NCBI GenBank assembly: GCA_045596985.1 | Contig: JAZODM010000044.1 | Span: forward strand, 6,222 to 70,221 | Origin: Clostridia bacterium | GTDB taxonomy: Bacteria > Bacillota > Clostridia > UMGS1883 | Length of the DNA: 64,000 nt | Direction: 5' to 3' | Part shown: piece by piece, positions 27,683 to 37,057 of the stretch | Position numbering within the stretch: the first letter of the stretch is position 1 | How the letters are laid out: each line of letters starts with the position of its first letter | Notes under the pieces: model-generated | What the model was told of the DNA's origin: nothing | The model's database searches: none | The model's input: only the letters and a program-made list of their open reading frames with translations | Position numbers and translations under genes: made by a program

Positions 27683-28482
27683 TAAGGGATATAACAATCG
27701 GTCAGTATTATGACTGCGACTCTGCCATTCACAAAATGGATCCCCGTACAAAAATATTATGGACACTTTTTTATATGATGGCACTATTTATGATAGACGG
27801 CATAGTCTCTTACGCGGCGGTAATAATTTTTACCGCAGTAATTATAAAGGTGTCAAATATTCCTCTTAAATTTATGTTGCGCGGACTAAAGCCGATTATG
27901 ATACTGGTTGTGTTTACGGCACTTTTAAACCTGTTTATGACACCGGGCGATGAGGTTTTGTTTTCAAAAGGAATATTCACAATTACCAAAGAGGGTGTTT
28001 TCCTCGCAACAAAAATGGCGGTCAGAATAGTGCTTCTCATAATAGGAAGCTCGATACTGACTCTTACAACAACACCGACCGTTCTCACAGGGGGGCTTGA
28101 GGTACTTCTTTCACCACTTAAAAAAATCGGAGTGCCCGTTTCTGTGTTTGTGATGATGATAAGCATTGCACTGAGATTTATTCCGACCCTTCTTGACGAA
28201 ACGGATAAAATTATTAAGGCACAGACCTCGCGCGGGGCAGATTTTGAACACGGAAATCCGCTTAAGCGTATTCGTGCAATGGTGCCCATATTAGTACCGC
28301 TTTTTGTAAGCGCCTTCCGCCGCGCAGACGAGCTTGCCGTGGCGATGGAGTGCAGGTGCTATAACTGCGAGGGTACACGAACAAGCTACAGACGTTTTTG
28401 CTTTGGAAAATACGATTTGTACGCTCTTATATATCTGATTTTTATGTGCATCAGTATGATTGCTATAAAGGTTGTGGGGTAA
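27679..28482 (+). CDS. ecfT: energy-coupling factor transporter transmembrane component EcfT
   Basis: A polytopic membrane protein of ~267 aa following ecfA1A2. ATG 27679 overlaps the ecfA2 stop. Confidence 0.85.
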   Translation: MIRDITIGQYYDCDSAIHKMDPRTKILWTLFYMMALFMIDGIVSYAAVIIFTAVIIKVSNIPLKFMLRGLKPIMILVVFTALLNLFMTPGDEVLFSKGIFTITKEGVFLATKMAVRIVLLIIGSSILTLTTTPTVLTGGLEVLLSPLKKIGVPVSVFVMMISIALRFIPTLLDETDKIIKAQTSRGADFEHGNPLKRIRAMVPILVPLFVSAFRRADELAVAMECRCYNCEGTRTSYRRFCFGKYDLYALIYLIFMCISMIAIKVVG

Positions 28483-29217
28483 ATGACATATAAACTTACA
28501 ATGGCATATGACGGAACGAACTATCACGGATGGCAGCGGCAGAAAAACGGGATTACCGTTCAGGAAGTTCTGGAGGATGTCCTTTCGGAAATAGCAGGAG
28601 AAAGTGTGGTTGTTACGGGATGTTCACGTACCGATGCAGGCGTACACGCAAGGGTTTACGTGTGCAGCTTTACAATGCACACTACCATTCCTGCAGATAA
28701 AATTCCCTTTGTGCTGAATACAAAGCTTCCCTGTGATATAAGGGCGTATAAATGCGAAGTAATGCACGATGGTTTTAATGCAAGGTTTGAAACAGTTACC
28801 AAGGCATACGAATATAAAATAGTAAATGCCCCGTTTCAGGACCCACTGATGCGTAATTTTGCGTGGCATTATCCAATAAAGCTTGACACTCAAAAAATGC
28901 AGCGTGTGGCGCAGATAATCCGCGGAAAGCACGATTTTGCATCCTTTTGCGCCGCAGGAAGCACTGTTAAATCAACCGTCAGAAATCTTACGGAGCTTAC
29001 TGTCACGAGTGACGGCGACATCATAACGGTGCGCGCTGCGGCAGACGGATTTTTATATAATATGGTCAGGATAATAGTCGGGACGCTTGTTTATGTGGGA
29101 TGCGGCAAGCTTTCTGAAAATGATATAGCGCAGCTGATAGAAAAAAAGGACAGACGGCTCTTAGGAATAACTGCGCCACCGCAGGGATTGGCGCTCGTGG
29201 AGGTAAATTATGAATAA
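28483..29217 (+). CDS. truA: tRNA pseudouridine(38-40) synthase TruA
   Basis: MAYDGTNYHGWQRQ...RTDAGVHA catalytic Asp motif. The conserved ecf-truA synteny supports the call. Confidence 0.9.
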   Translation: MTYKLTMAYDGTNYHGWQRQKNGITVQEVLEDVLSEIAGESVVVTGCSRTDAGVHARVYVCSFTMHTTIPADKIPFVLNTKLPCDIRAYKCEVMHDGFNARFETVTKAYEYKIVNAPFQDPLMRNFAWHYPIKLDTQKMQRVAQIIRGKHDFASFCAAGSTVKSTVRNLTELTVTSDGDIITVRAAADGFLYNMVRIIVGTLVYVGCGKLSENDIAQLIEKKDRRLLGITAPPQGLALVEVNYE

Positions 29218-30337
29218 ACAAAAGATATTTTCGCTCCTTAAAAATATTGCCGCAATAATTGTGATGCTGGCAATGTTTGTAATTATATTTTACCAAAACC
29301 GTGACAGGGATTTCTTTAAATTCGGTAGAGAGGAAAGCACGATTATTTCGCAAAATCAGGGCGAAAGCTCGTCGCAGGGGTATACAAACAGTGATGTGCG
29401 CCCCCTGGAGGACAAGGTTTGCTACATAACGACAAGCTCGTATAATCTCCTTGACGAAAAGGCAAACGGCAGCAAGCTTCCCATTGCGCTTTCAGACCCT
29501 GTGCTCCATACGGAGGAGGAATATGCACTGTGCTATAACAAAAATGCTCTTGAATTTACAGTGTATAAGCGCGACAGAGAATATTATACAGTTACTACGG
29601 AAAACAGAATTATCTGCGCTAAAGTAAGCGGAAACGGCTACTCGTTTGTGGCCACGGAAAAAGAGGGATATAACTGCGAATGCAGTGTATATAACCGTAG
29701 CGGTGAGAAAGTGTTCAAATGGGACATCAGTAAGAGTGAATTTCTTGACGGAGATATAAATTACGATAATAAGGCGATTGCTATATCAGTTGCAACCTCG
29801 GGCGAGGAGAAGCTTCTGGGCGAGGTTATACTGATTGATATAACCGATGCAAAAATTATTGAAAAGAAATCGTTTGATTCGCAGCTTTTCTATACGGTGG
29901 ACTTTAACAGAAACGGAACATACACTGCACTGGGAAGTGACGCCCTGGCATATTTTAATGCAGATGGCACGGCAAAGTGGCTCTATGATTTTGACGCAGA
30001 CACCCTTCTTAAGGCTGATGTGTCAAATCCTGATATGATGGTGCTTGCATTTTCGCAGATGGGCAGCGGAATAAAGGGTAATTCCACAAATGTTACCGTT
30101 TTAAACCGACTTGGAAAGGTTACGGGAAAGCGAAGCTTTGACGGCCTTTTAGACGATATTGCAGTAAGCGAAAATGCGCTGGCATTTGCCTTCGGAAGAA
30201 ATATTTATGTGACAGACAGTGCTTTGGAGGACAAAAAAACCGTAAAATCTGAAACGGGTGTTAAAAAAATTGCATTGTACAGTGATAACGAGCATTTATT
30301 TGTAATAGGAAACTCAGAGGTAAATATTATAAAATAA
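29210..30337 (+). CDS. membrane-anchored hypothetical protein (N-terminal TM, extracytoplasmic beta-rich domain)
   Basis: N-terminal TM segment IAAIIVMLAMFVIIF. No recognisable catalytic motifs. Confidence 0.5.
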   Translation: MNKQKIFSLLKNIAAIIVMLAMFVIIFYQNRDRDFFKFGREESTIISQNQGESSSQGYTNSDVRPLEDKVCYITTSSYNLLDEKANGSKLPIALSDPVLHTEEEYALCYNKNALEFTVYKRDREYYTVTTENRIICAKVSGNGYSFVATEKEGYNCECSVYNRSGEKVFKWDISKSEFLDGDINYDNKAIAISVATSGEEKLLGEVILIDITDAKIIEKKSFDSQLFYTVDFNRNGTYTALGSDALAYFNADGTAKWLYDFDADTLLKADVSNPDMMVLAFSQMGSGIKGNSTNVTVLNRLGKVTGKRSFDGLLDDIAVSENALAFAFGRNIYVTDSALEDKKTVKSETGVKKIALYSDNEHLFVIGNSEVNIIK

Positions 30338-30353
30338 CTTAGGGGAGAATTTT

Positions 30354-30926
30354 ATGGCAGATATTATTTTGGTTGCAGTGATGGCATTTTTTGCATTGCG
30401 CGGGGCAAAACGCGGCTTTGCACGCTCCCTGGTGGGAATAATATCAACAGTTCTTTCGCTTGTTATCAGTGTGCTGCTTTATAAAGGTGTATCGGGGATG
30501 ATATACGCTTCACCGGTAGGAGAAGCAGTGCGCCGCGGTGTGGAGAGCTTTCTGGCAGAAAACACATCGGGCACAGCCTCCCTTATCATTAATACGCAAA
30601 GCGGAGTTGGCGCACTGACGATGCTCTCTGTAAATGCGATTAGCTTTCTTCTCGTAATTATCCTTTCAAAAATTATTGTTTCTGTTATTGCGGGGGCAGT
30701 TAATATGGCTGCGCGCCTTCCTCTTATAAAACAGGCAAACTCTTTAATAGGAATGGCTATAGGGATAATAAGCGGCGCAGTTTTTTGTTATATAGCTATA
30801 GGCGTTATAGCGGCAATGGGTGCGAATTTCCCCTCCGCCGTGAAAATGATAGAGGACTCTTTATTCGCAATTACATTTTACGAAAATAATCTGATAACAA
30901 ATATTTTGGCAGCATTTATGAAGTAG
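30354..30926 (+). CDS. CvpA family membrane protein
   Basis: Four-TM small protein with a CvpA-like N-terminus (ILVAVMAFFALRGAKRGF). Confidence 0.7.
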   Translation: MADIILVAVMAFFALRGAKRGFARSLVGIISTVLSLVISVLLYKGVSGMIYASPVGEAVRRGVESFLAENTSGTASLIINTQSGVGALTMLSVNAISFLLVIILSKIIVSVIAGAVNMAARLPLIKQANSLIGMAIGIISGAVFCYIAIGVIAAMGANFPSAVKMIEDSLFAITFYENNLITNILAAFMK

Positions 30927-30930
30927 CAAA

Positions 30931-31015
30931 GAAGTGGTGTAAAAAGTAACTTTTTTACACCACTTCTTTTATGGGGGATGTTAAAAATGTTTCACTGGAC
31001 ATTTTTAACATCCCC
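30931..31015. terminator. two consecutive long perfect hairpins (15-bp and 17-bp arms) between convergent cvpA and the LysM gene
   Basis: aagtggtgtaaaaag/ctttttacaccactt and ggggatgttaaaaatgt/acatttttaacatcccc. Confidence 0.75.
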
Positions 31016-31020
31016 GGTAT

Positions 31021-32232
31021 TTACTTACCTGCGCTTTTTAATACATTAGCCTGATGCGCTGCACTTTCTGTTCCGCTGCTATGACCGATAGATTTATAAA
31101 AATGAAGGTCAAAATGCCCGTGGGCATTGTTCCCTTTTACATAGTCATAGTTTATGCCAGCGCCGTAATCATCACTGCGCCAGCTTGTCCATACTCCGCC
31201 TTCGGCACCTTCGTTTCCTGCGTGGAGCATTCCTGCGGCACTGGCGGCAATAGTTCTGCCGTTACATACAACGAGGACGCTGCGCTTGTTCCAGTTTAGG
31301 CTTCCGCCCCAGATGCTTTTCATAATCTGGGTGTCGTTTGCACTAAGCGGCTCACAATCCGCGTGACCTGAGCCGACAGTTCTGCGTGCGTTAAAGCTTT
31401 TTCCTGTTGCAAGGTCTACAACCTTAAAATCAGTGCCTATGGGGATTACGTACTGTGCCTCGCTAAACCAGTCAAGAAGCTCTCCATATCCGCTCGGCGC
31501 ATATTTTACGGGGATATGATGCACAGGAATTGTAAGCTTCATCCCCGCATATATGTAGCTTGATTCAGTAAGCGAATTTACCTCGAGCAGTTCTGAATAG
31601 GGGATGCCGTGCTTTATTGCAACGTTCCATAGTGTATCACCGCTTTGCACGCTATAGGTTTTATATGTAACGTAGGGTGCTGAGGATGTGCCGCCGGATG
31701 AACCGCCGGAAGATGCGCTTTTCGGAATTTTTACAACGTCGCCTATATTAAGGGTGGTGTTATTTGTTGCGTTGTTATACGAAAGCAGGCTGCTGAGGGT
31801 TACTCCGTATTTTTGTGAAATAGTCCAGTAAGTTTCACCCTTTTTAACTGTGTGGGCGTTATAGGAAGCAGCATCTGGGATTTTAACCTTGTCACCGACA
31901 TAGAGCACGCTGCTCTGTGATGCGCCATTTGCACTAAGAAGCGCAGAAAGCGTAACACCGCATTTTTTTGCGATAAGGTAATATGTATCTCCTTTCTGGA
32001 CAGTGTATGTGTTTGACGGAACGGTTATTATCTGTCCTGCGTTAAGGGAGGAATTCGAATTGGCGTTATTTGCACTGAGCACCGAGTTTAAGTCGGTGTT
32101 AAATTTTCTGGAAATAAGCCAGTAGGAATCCCCTTTCTGTACTGTGTAGCTGACAGAAGCGAACGCACTACTTGAAAGTAAACTAAGTAGCATGGCTGCC
32201 GATATTATTTTTTTGTGTTTCAAATGTATCAC
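31021..32232 (-). CDS. LysM-repeat (x4) cell-wall-binding protein with C-terminal His-rich putative hydrolase domain
   Basis: Signal peptide and four YTVQKGDTxWxIAxKYG LysM modules. The ~170-aa C-terminal domain contains HGHFDLHF and GSGHADCE. Its family is not resolved. Confidence 0.8.
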   Translation of the reverse strand: MIHLKHKKIISAAMLLSLLSSSAFASVSYTVQKGDSYWLISRKFNTDLNSVLSANNANSNSSLNAGQIITVPSNTYTVQKGDTYYLIAKKCGVTLSALLSANGASQSSVLYVGDKVKIPDAASYNAHTVKKGETYWTISQKYGVTLSSLLSYNNATNNTTLNIGDVVKIPKSASSGGSSGGTSSAPYVTYKTYSVQSGDTLWNVAIKHGIPYSELLEVNSLTESSYIYAGMKLTIPVHHIPVKYAPSGYGELLDWFSEAQYVIPIGTDFKVVDLATGKSFNARRTVGSGHADCEPLSANDTQIMKSIWGGSLNWNKRSVLVVCNGRTIAASAAGMLHAGNEGAEGGVWTSWRSDDYGAGINYDYVKGNNAHGHFDLHFYKSIGHSSGTESAAHQANVLKSAGK

Positions 32233-32344
32233 ACTCCTTCGCTATATATATTCGACGCAAAGGGCGCAATCCTTTTATGTAAATTCTGGTATTGGGGGAC
32301 TGTTCCCAAAATGAGAAAATTAGTAAAAATTTTCAAAAAAGTGC

Positions 32345-32398
32345 TTGACAAACGCATAGTGCATTGGTAAAATACATATGGTTAGTTAAGACTAACCA
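32345..32398 (+). promoter_or_regulatory. feoA promoter TTGACA-17-TAAAAT with the 20-bp palindrome TGGTTAGTTAAGACTAACCA at +1
   Basis: -35 at 32345-50 and -10 at 32368-73. The 7-6-7 inverted repeat lies at 32379-32398, directly downstream of the -10. Confidence 0.6.
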
Positions 32399-32423
32399 AT
32401 GTCTGCGATGGGAGGGACACAAA

Positions 32424-32639
32424 ATGAGCTTGGCAGAGGCAAAAGAAGGAAAAGAGTATATTATCGTAGATATAAAGACGGATGATGAGGAGCTTAACGC
32501 CTTTTTGTTTTCTCTGGGATGCTATAGTGGAGAGCCGATTACGGTAATCTCGCACTTAAAGGGCGGCTCAATTGTTTCCATTAAGGATGGACGATATAGT
32601 GTAGATAATCAGCTTGCGCAGGCGATTATAGTTATGTAA
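32424..32639 (+). CDS. feoA: ferrous iron transport protein FeoA
   Basis: A 71-aa SH3-like FeoA (KEGKEYIIVDI...). ATG 32424 has the RBS gggaggg. The ORF-track N-terminal extension overlaps the promoter and is rejected. Confidence 0.8.
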   Translation: MSLAEAKEGKEYIIVDIKTDDEELNAFLFSLGCYSGEPITVISHLKGGSIVSIKDGRYSVDNQLAQAIIVM

Positions 32640-32647
32640 AATTTTTC

Positions 32648-32700
32648 AGCAGAGAATGTCTGCTGTTTGTTTTCGAATGCTGGTTAGCTTAAACTAACCG
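32648..32700 (+). promoter_or_regulatory. hairpin plus T-run, then a second copy of the GGTTAG-N6-CTAACC palindrome, between feoA and feoB
   Basis: cagcag-agaatgt-ctgctg followed by tttgttttcg. Then TGGTTAGCTTAAACTAACCG at 32681-32700. Confidence 0.5.
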
Positions 32701-32733
32701 AGTGGAAGGTATAGAGTGCAAGGAGGAACTTTT

Positions 32734-34737
32734 ATGAGGATTGCATTGGCAGGAAACCCCAATAGCGGTAAGACTACAATGTATAATGCCCTTACCGGCG
32801 CGAATGAAAAGGTCGGCAACTGGGCAGGTGTGACAGTGGAGAAAAAAGAGCACATCATAAAAAAGAATTTTTATGACGGGGAGGAGCTTTTGGCGGTTGA
32901 CCTCCCGGGTGCATATTCTATGTCACCCTTTACCTCGGAGGAGAGTGTTACAAGCGCCTATATTAAAAACGAAAATCCTGATGTTATAATAAATATTGTA
33001 GATGCAACAAATCTCAGCCGCAGCCTCTTTTTCACAACACAGCTTCTTGAACTTGAAATTCCCGTTGTTGTTGCACTTAATAAGGCAGATATTAACGAGA
33101 AAAAGAAAACGCAAATTAATGAAAAGCTGCTTTCCGAGAAGCTTGGCTGCCCCGTTATAGAGACGATTTCGACTTCTTCAGACGGACTTTGTGAGGTTAT
33201 TGGGGCGGCAGTAGCCCTGAAGGGTAAAAAGCAGATAGCACCCTATGTGCAGACACAAACCAATCCTACCGACAGGAAATCTGCAGAGAAAGCCGACAGA
33301 AAGCGATTTGAATTTGTAAACGGCATAGTAAAGAGCGTTGAAAAAAGAAAAGTGCGCACAAACGAGATAAACACTCAGGATAAGGTTGATGCCATTATCA
33401 CAAACAGGTGGCTTGGTATTCCGCTTTTTGCAGTAATTATGTGGCTTGTATTTTACATTTCTCAGGCGTGGATTGGACCTTTTATTTCCGATATACTTGT
33501 AGGATGGATAGAGGCATTTGGCAGTATTGCCGACAAATGGATGGAAGGCGCAAGCAGTGAGTTTCTGAAATCACTTGTTTCAAGTGCCATTGTTGACGGT
33601 GTTGGCGCAGTTGTAAGCTTCCTCCCCCTTGTAATGGTGATGTACTTTATGATTGCTCTTTTAGAGGATTGCGGTTATATGGCGCGTGCGACAGTTGTCC
33701 TTGACCCCATTTTCAAAAAGGTTGGTCTTTCAGGAAAATCTGTAATCCCCTTTGTAATCGGTACGGGCTGTGCAATCCCCGGTGTTATGGCATGCCGTAC
33801 AATCCGCAGTGAGCGTGAAAGACGTGCAACGGCAATGATAGCGCCCTTTATGCCCTGCGGTGCAAAGCTCCCTGTAATTTCACTCTTTGTAGGTGCATTT
33901 TTCCCTGCCCACGCGTGGGTAGGCACTGCGATGTATTTTACAGGAATTGTAATTATCCTTCTTTGCGCACTTTTGATTAATAAAATCACGGGATATAAAC
34001 ACAGAAAATCCTTCTTTATTATTGAGCTTCCTGAATATAAATTCCCCTCAATCCGCAGAGCGGTCAAGTCTATGTGCTCACGCGGGTGGGCGTACATAGT
34101 TAAGGCAGGTACGATTATACTTGTATGTAATGTGGTGGTAACGCTTATGTGTTCCTTCACACCGAGACTGCTCCTTGCAGCGGAAGATGGCAGCAATTCA
34201 ATTCTTGCTGCAATATGTACACCTATAGACTGGATTATTCTTCCCGTTGTGGGCTTTGCTTCGTGGAAGCTTGTAGCGTGCGCAATTACCGGCTTTATTG
34301 CAAAGGAAAATGTTGTGGGTACTATTGCAACACTGTTTGGACTTTCTGCAGTGATTAACGGCGACCTTGAGCTTGTCGGGGAGGGAGTACAGGTTGCAGA
34401 GGCTATGAACCTTACCCAGGCTGCAGCTTTGGCGTATATGATGTTTAACCTTTTTACACCGCCATGCTTTGCGGCAATAGGTGCGATGAATGCTGAAATG
34501 AAGAGTGCCAAATGGCTTTGGGGAGGTATCGCACTGCAGCTTGGTGTTGGCTTTACGGTAGGTTATCTTGTTTACCAGATAGGCTCTCTTATTACTCTCG
34601 GCACTCTTGCGCCCGGATTTTTCAGTGGACTTATCGCACTTATTGTTATGGCGGCAATTGTTATATATCTGTGCATTAATGCAGATAAAAAGGTTAAAGA
34701 GTCAACCCCTGAAAAGAAGAAGGAGCTTGTAGTATGA
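32734..34737 (+). CDS. feoB: ferrous iron transporter FeoB
   Basis: N-terminal G-domain (GNPNSGKTT, DLPG, NKAD) followed by a ~10-TM permease. ATG 32734 follows the RBS aaggagg. Confidence 0.92.
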   Translation: MRIALAGNPNSGKTTMYNALTGANEKVGNWAGVTVEKKEHIIKKNFYDGEELLAVDLPGAYSMSPFTSEESVTSAYIKNENPDVIINIVDATNLSRSLFFTTQLLELEIPVVVALNKADINEKKKTQINEKLLSEKLGCPVIETISTSSDGLCEVIGAAVALKGKKQIAPYVQTQTNPTDRKSAEKADRKRFEFVNGIVKSVEKRKVRTNEINTQDKVDAIITNRWLGIPLFAVIMWLVFYISQAWIGPFISDILVGWIEAFGSIADKWMEGASSEFLKSLVSSAIVDGVGAVVSFLPLVMVMYFMIALLEDCGYMARATVVLDPIFKKVGLSGKSVIPFVIGTGCAIPGVMACRTIRSERERRATAMIAPFMPCGAKLPVISLFVGAFFPAHAWVGTAMYFTGIVIILLCALLINKITGYKHRKSFFIIELPEYKFPSIRRAVKSMCSRGWAYIVKAGTIILVCNVVVTLMCSFTPRLLLAAEDGSNSILAAICTPIDWIILPVVGFASWKLVACAITGFIAKENVVGTIATLFGLSAVINGDLELVGEGVQVAEAMNLTQAAALAYMMFNLFTPPCFAAIGAMNAEMKSAKWLWGGIALQLGVGFTVGYLVYQIGSLITLGTLAPGFFSGLIALIVMAAIVIYLCINADKKVKESTPEKKKELVV

Positions 34738-34889
34738 CAGATATTATTATTGCGGCGGTAGTTTTACTTATAGTTACTCTTGCCGTGCGTTATATTTATA
34801 AAGCGAAAAAAAACGGCGTTAAATGCATTGGCTGTCCGCACAGTAAGGAGTGCGGTGCGAAAAGCTGCAGCTGCAAAGATGCTAAGTGA
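34734..34889 (+). CDS. FeoB-associated Cys-rich membrane protein (small ORF missed by the ORF track)
   Basis: The ATG overlaps the feoB stop (ATGA). It encodes 51 aa, MTDIIIAAVVLLIVTLAVRYIYKAKKNGVKCIGCPHSKECGAKSCSCKDAK: one TM helix, then a CxxC...C.C tail. Confidence 0.6.
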   Translation: MTDIIIAAVVLLIVTLAVRYIYKAKKNGVKCIGCPHSKECGAKSCSCKDAK

Positions 34890-35038
34890 AAAAGGGTGAC
34901 GGTATATGCCGTCATCCTTTTGTGATAAAAAAGAAAAATTTGTAAAAAATATATGAAGGCAGACACGTTTTATTGACAATCAAAGGGGTTTTGTGGTATT
35001 ATGTATAAGGAAGAATTTTATAGTTTGGTGGTGTAGAA

Positions 35039-35698
35039 TTGGGTTATCTGGCTAATTCGCTTTCAGAGCTTCTGGCACGCTTTATCGTGCTTTTTACGGC
35101 TATAACGGTGCACGAATATGCACACGGCCTTATAGCATATAAACTGGGCGACCCTACGGCAAAATATGCAGGCAGGCTTTCTCTTAATCCGCTGTCGCAT
35201 CTTGACCCTATAGGTGCGCTTTGTATGGTGTTTTTCAGATTTGGATGGGCAAAGCCCGTGCCGATAAATCCGATGTATTTTAAGGACCGTAAGCGTGACA
35301 GTGCGATTGTTGCATTGGCAGGGCCGCTTTCAAACATAATACTGGCATTTTTGTCAACGCTTGTTTTTGCGGTTTATTACGTATATGTTTATCTTAATTT
35401 CCCAAATTTTGTGACACAGTTTATTTATACGGTGTTTATGCAGCTTGCAGTAGTTAATATAAGCTTTGCGGTGTTTAACCTGATACCATTTCCTCCGCTT
35501 GACGGAAGTAAGATTTTGGGGGCATTTCTTTCCTACGAAAACTACGGCAGACTTTTGCAGTATGAAAGGTTCGGCTTCCCCGTACTTATACTTCTTTCTC
35601 TGACAGGATTTTTGGGAAGCTTTCTCTCCCTTTTTATAAATCCGATTTTCAGCCTTTGGCTAAAAATGCTTAACGGACTTATTTCAATTCTTTTGTAA
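35039..35698 (+). CDS. site-2 protease family (peptidase M50) membrane metalloprotease
   Basis: HEYAHG (HExxH) in the first TM segment and a downstream LDGS (LDG) motif. TTG start. Confidence 0.75.
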   Translation: MGYLANSLSELLARFIVLFTAITVHEYAHGLIAYKLGDPTAKYAGRLSLNPLSHLDPIGALCMVFFRFGWAKPVPINPMYFKDRKRDSAIVALAGPLSNIILAFLSTLVFAVYYVYVYLNFPNFVTQFIYTVFMQLAVVNISFAVFNLIPFPPLDGSKILGAFLSYENYGRLLQYERFGFPVLILLSLTGFLGSFLSLFINPIFSLWLKMLNGLISILL

Positions 35699-35709
35699 GG
35701 GGAAAAGGT

Positions 35710-36456
35710 ATGAGTGAGCTTTCTTTTAAAACAGAGGTGTTTGAAGGTCCTTTGGATTTGCTTTTACACCTTATAAGCAAGAACAAGGTCAGTATATGCG
35801 ATATTCCCATATCAATGATTACAGACCAGTATTTTGAATATATTGCGCTTATGCAGCAGCTTGATATGGAGGTGGGCGGCGAATTTCTTGTAATGGCGTC
35901 ACAGCTTTTATACATTAAATCAAAAATGCTGCTCCCCGTACCTGAGGAAGAGGAGGAAGATCCGCGCGCGGAGCTTGCCGACCGTCTTGAGGAGTATAAG
36001 CGATATAAAGAGGCTGCCGCCGAGATGGACAAGCTGAGCCACGCTATGGAGCACGTAGTCTTTAAGGGGGCAGAGCCGCTTGACCTTCCAAAGGTGAAGA
36101 CGGAAAATCGTGAAATCCCTATTGAAAAGCTTTTTGATGCGTTTTTTGCGGTGATTGACAGAAGTGCGGTGAGAAAACCCATTGACCCCAAAACCTTCAA
36201 GCGCGTTATCGGCAGGACGAATTATTCGGTAAGGGCGGCATCCACAAGTGTTATCCGCAAGATTAAAAAAGGGGAGCGTACCTCCTTTGAGGCACTCTTT
36301 GACGGGCTTCGGGTAAGGGGCGAGTATGTAGCGACCTTTCTGGCACTTTTAGAGCTTATAAAGGAAAATGTTGTAGTTGTAATGCAGGAGGGGGACACCC
36401 TCTACTGCGAAAAGGGTGAAAATGATGTGGAATTTGACAATTGGGAAGAATATTGA
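35710..36456 (+). CDS. scpA: segregation and condensation protein A
   Basis: FEGPLDLLLHLI N-terminus (kleisin). Confidence 0.9.
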   Translation: MSELSFKTEVFEGPLDLLLHLISKNKVSICDIPISMITDQYFEYIALMQQLDMEVGGEFLVMASQLLYIKSKMLLPVPEEEEEDPRAELADRLEEYKRYKEAAAEMDKLSHAMEHVVFKGAEPLDLPKVKTENREIPIEKLFDAFFAVIDRSAVRKPIDPKTFKRVIGRTNYSVRAASTSVIRKIKKGERTSFEALFDGLRVRGEYVATFLALLELIKENVVVVMQEGDTLYCEKGENDVEFDNWEEY

Positions 36457-37057
36457 GTGTGCGCTTGAGGCGGTTTTGTTTTCCCTCGGGGAGGCAGTTG
36501 AGCTTGAAAAGCTTGCCGAGGCTCTCGAAGTCAGGGAGGACGAGGTAAAAAACGCTTTCCAAAGCCTTAAAAAAAGGTATGAGGAGGAAGGGCGCGGCAT
36601 CCGCCTTATTGAAATAGAAAATAGCATACAGATGTGTTCCAATCCCGATTACTATGAATGTATACAGCGTGTTACACAGATAAAAAAGCAGGCAGGACTT
36701 TCCTCAGCTGCGCTTGAAACACTTTCTATAATTGCGTACAACCAGCCCGTTACAAAGGGAACGATGGATTTTATCCGTGGTGTTGACTGTACATATTCTG
36801 TGGCAAGGCTTTTAGAGCGTGGATTTATTGACGAGCTTGGCCGTGCAGAAACTCCGGGAAGACCTATCCTCTATGGAACGACGATGGAATTTTTACGGTG
36901 CTTTGGACTAAAGTCACTGGAGGATTTGCCGCCGCTGCCTGAAAAAGAGGTAATAGAGGAAGCCGCAGAAAATGTTAAAAGTGATATAATAGAAGAATTT
37001 GTTAAAGAAAATGAGCAAATCGAGGAAAACAGCAATACGGTGGAGTTGAGTGAATAA
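36416..37057 (+). CDS. scpB: segregation and condensation protein B
   Basis: Tandem winged-helix domains (EAVLFSLGEAV...). Overlaps the scpA end. Confidence 0.85.
   Translation: MKMMWNLTIGKNIECALEAVLFSLGEAVELEKLAEALEVREDEVKNAFQSLKKRYEEEGRGIRLIEIENSIQMCSNPDYYECIQRVTQIKKQAGLSSAALETLSIIAYNQPVTKGTMDFIRGVDCTYSVARLLERGFIDELGRAETPGRPILYGTTMEFLRCFGLKSLEDLPPLPEKEVIEEAAENVKSDIIEEFVKENEQIEENSNTVELSE

Noticed and set aside
32379-32398. Assigning the feoA operator to Fur or to IdeR/DtxR specifically
   Set aside because: It is unlike a Fur box (GATAATGATAATCATTATC). Its half-sites equal the IdeR core but with 6-bp rather than 1-bp spacing. The regulator family is left open.
33675-34511. 278-aa minus-strand ORF
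   Set aside because: It lies entirely antisense within feoB, which has unmistakable G-domain and permease motifs. It is an Ala/Ile/Pro-rich low-complexity translation typical of antisense frames.
35679-36200. 173-aa minus-strand ORF
   Set aside because: It is antisense within scpA, with a Ser-rich low-complexity translation.
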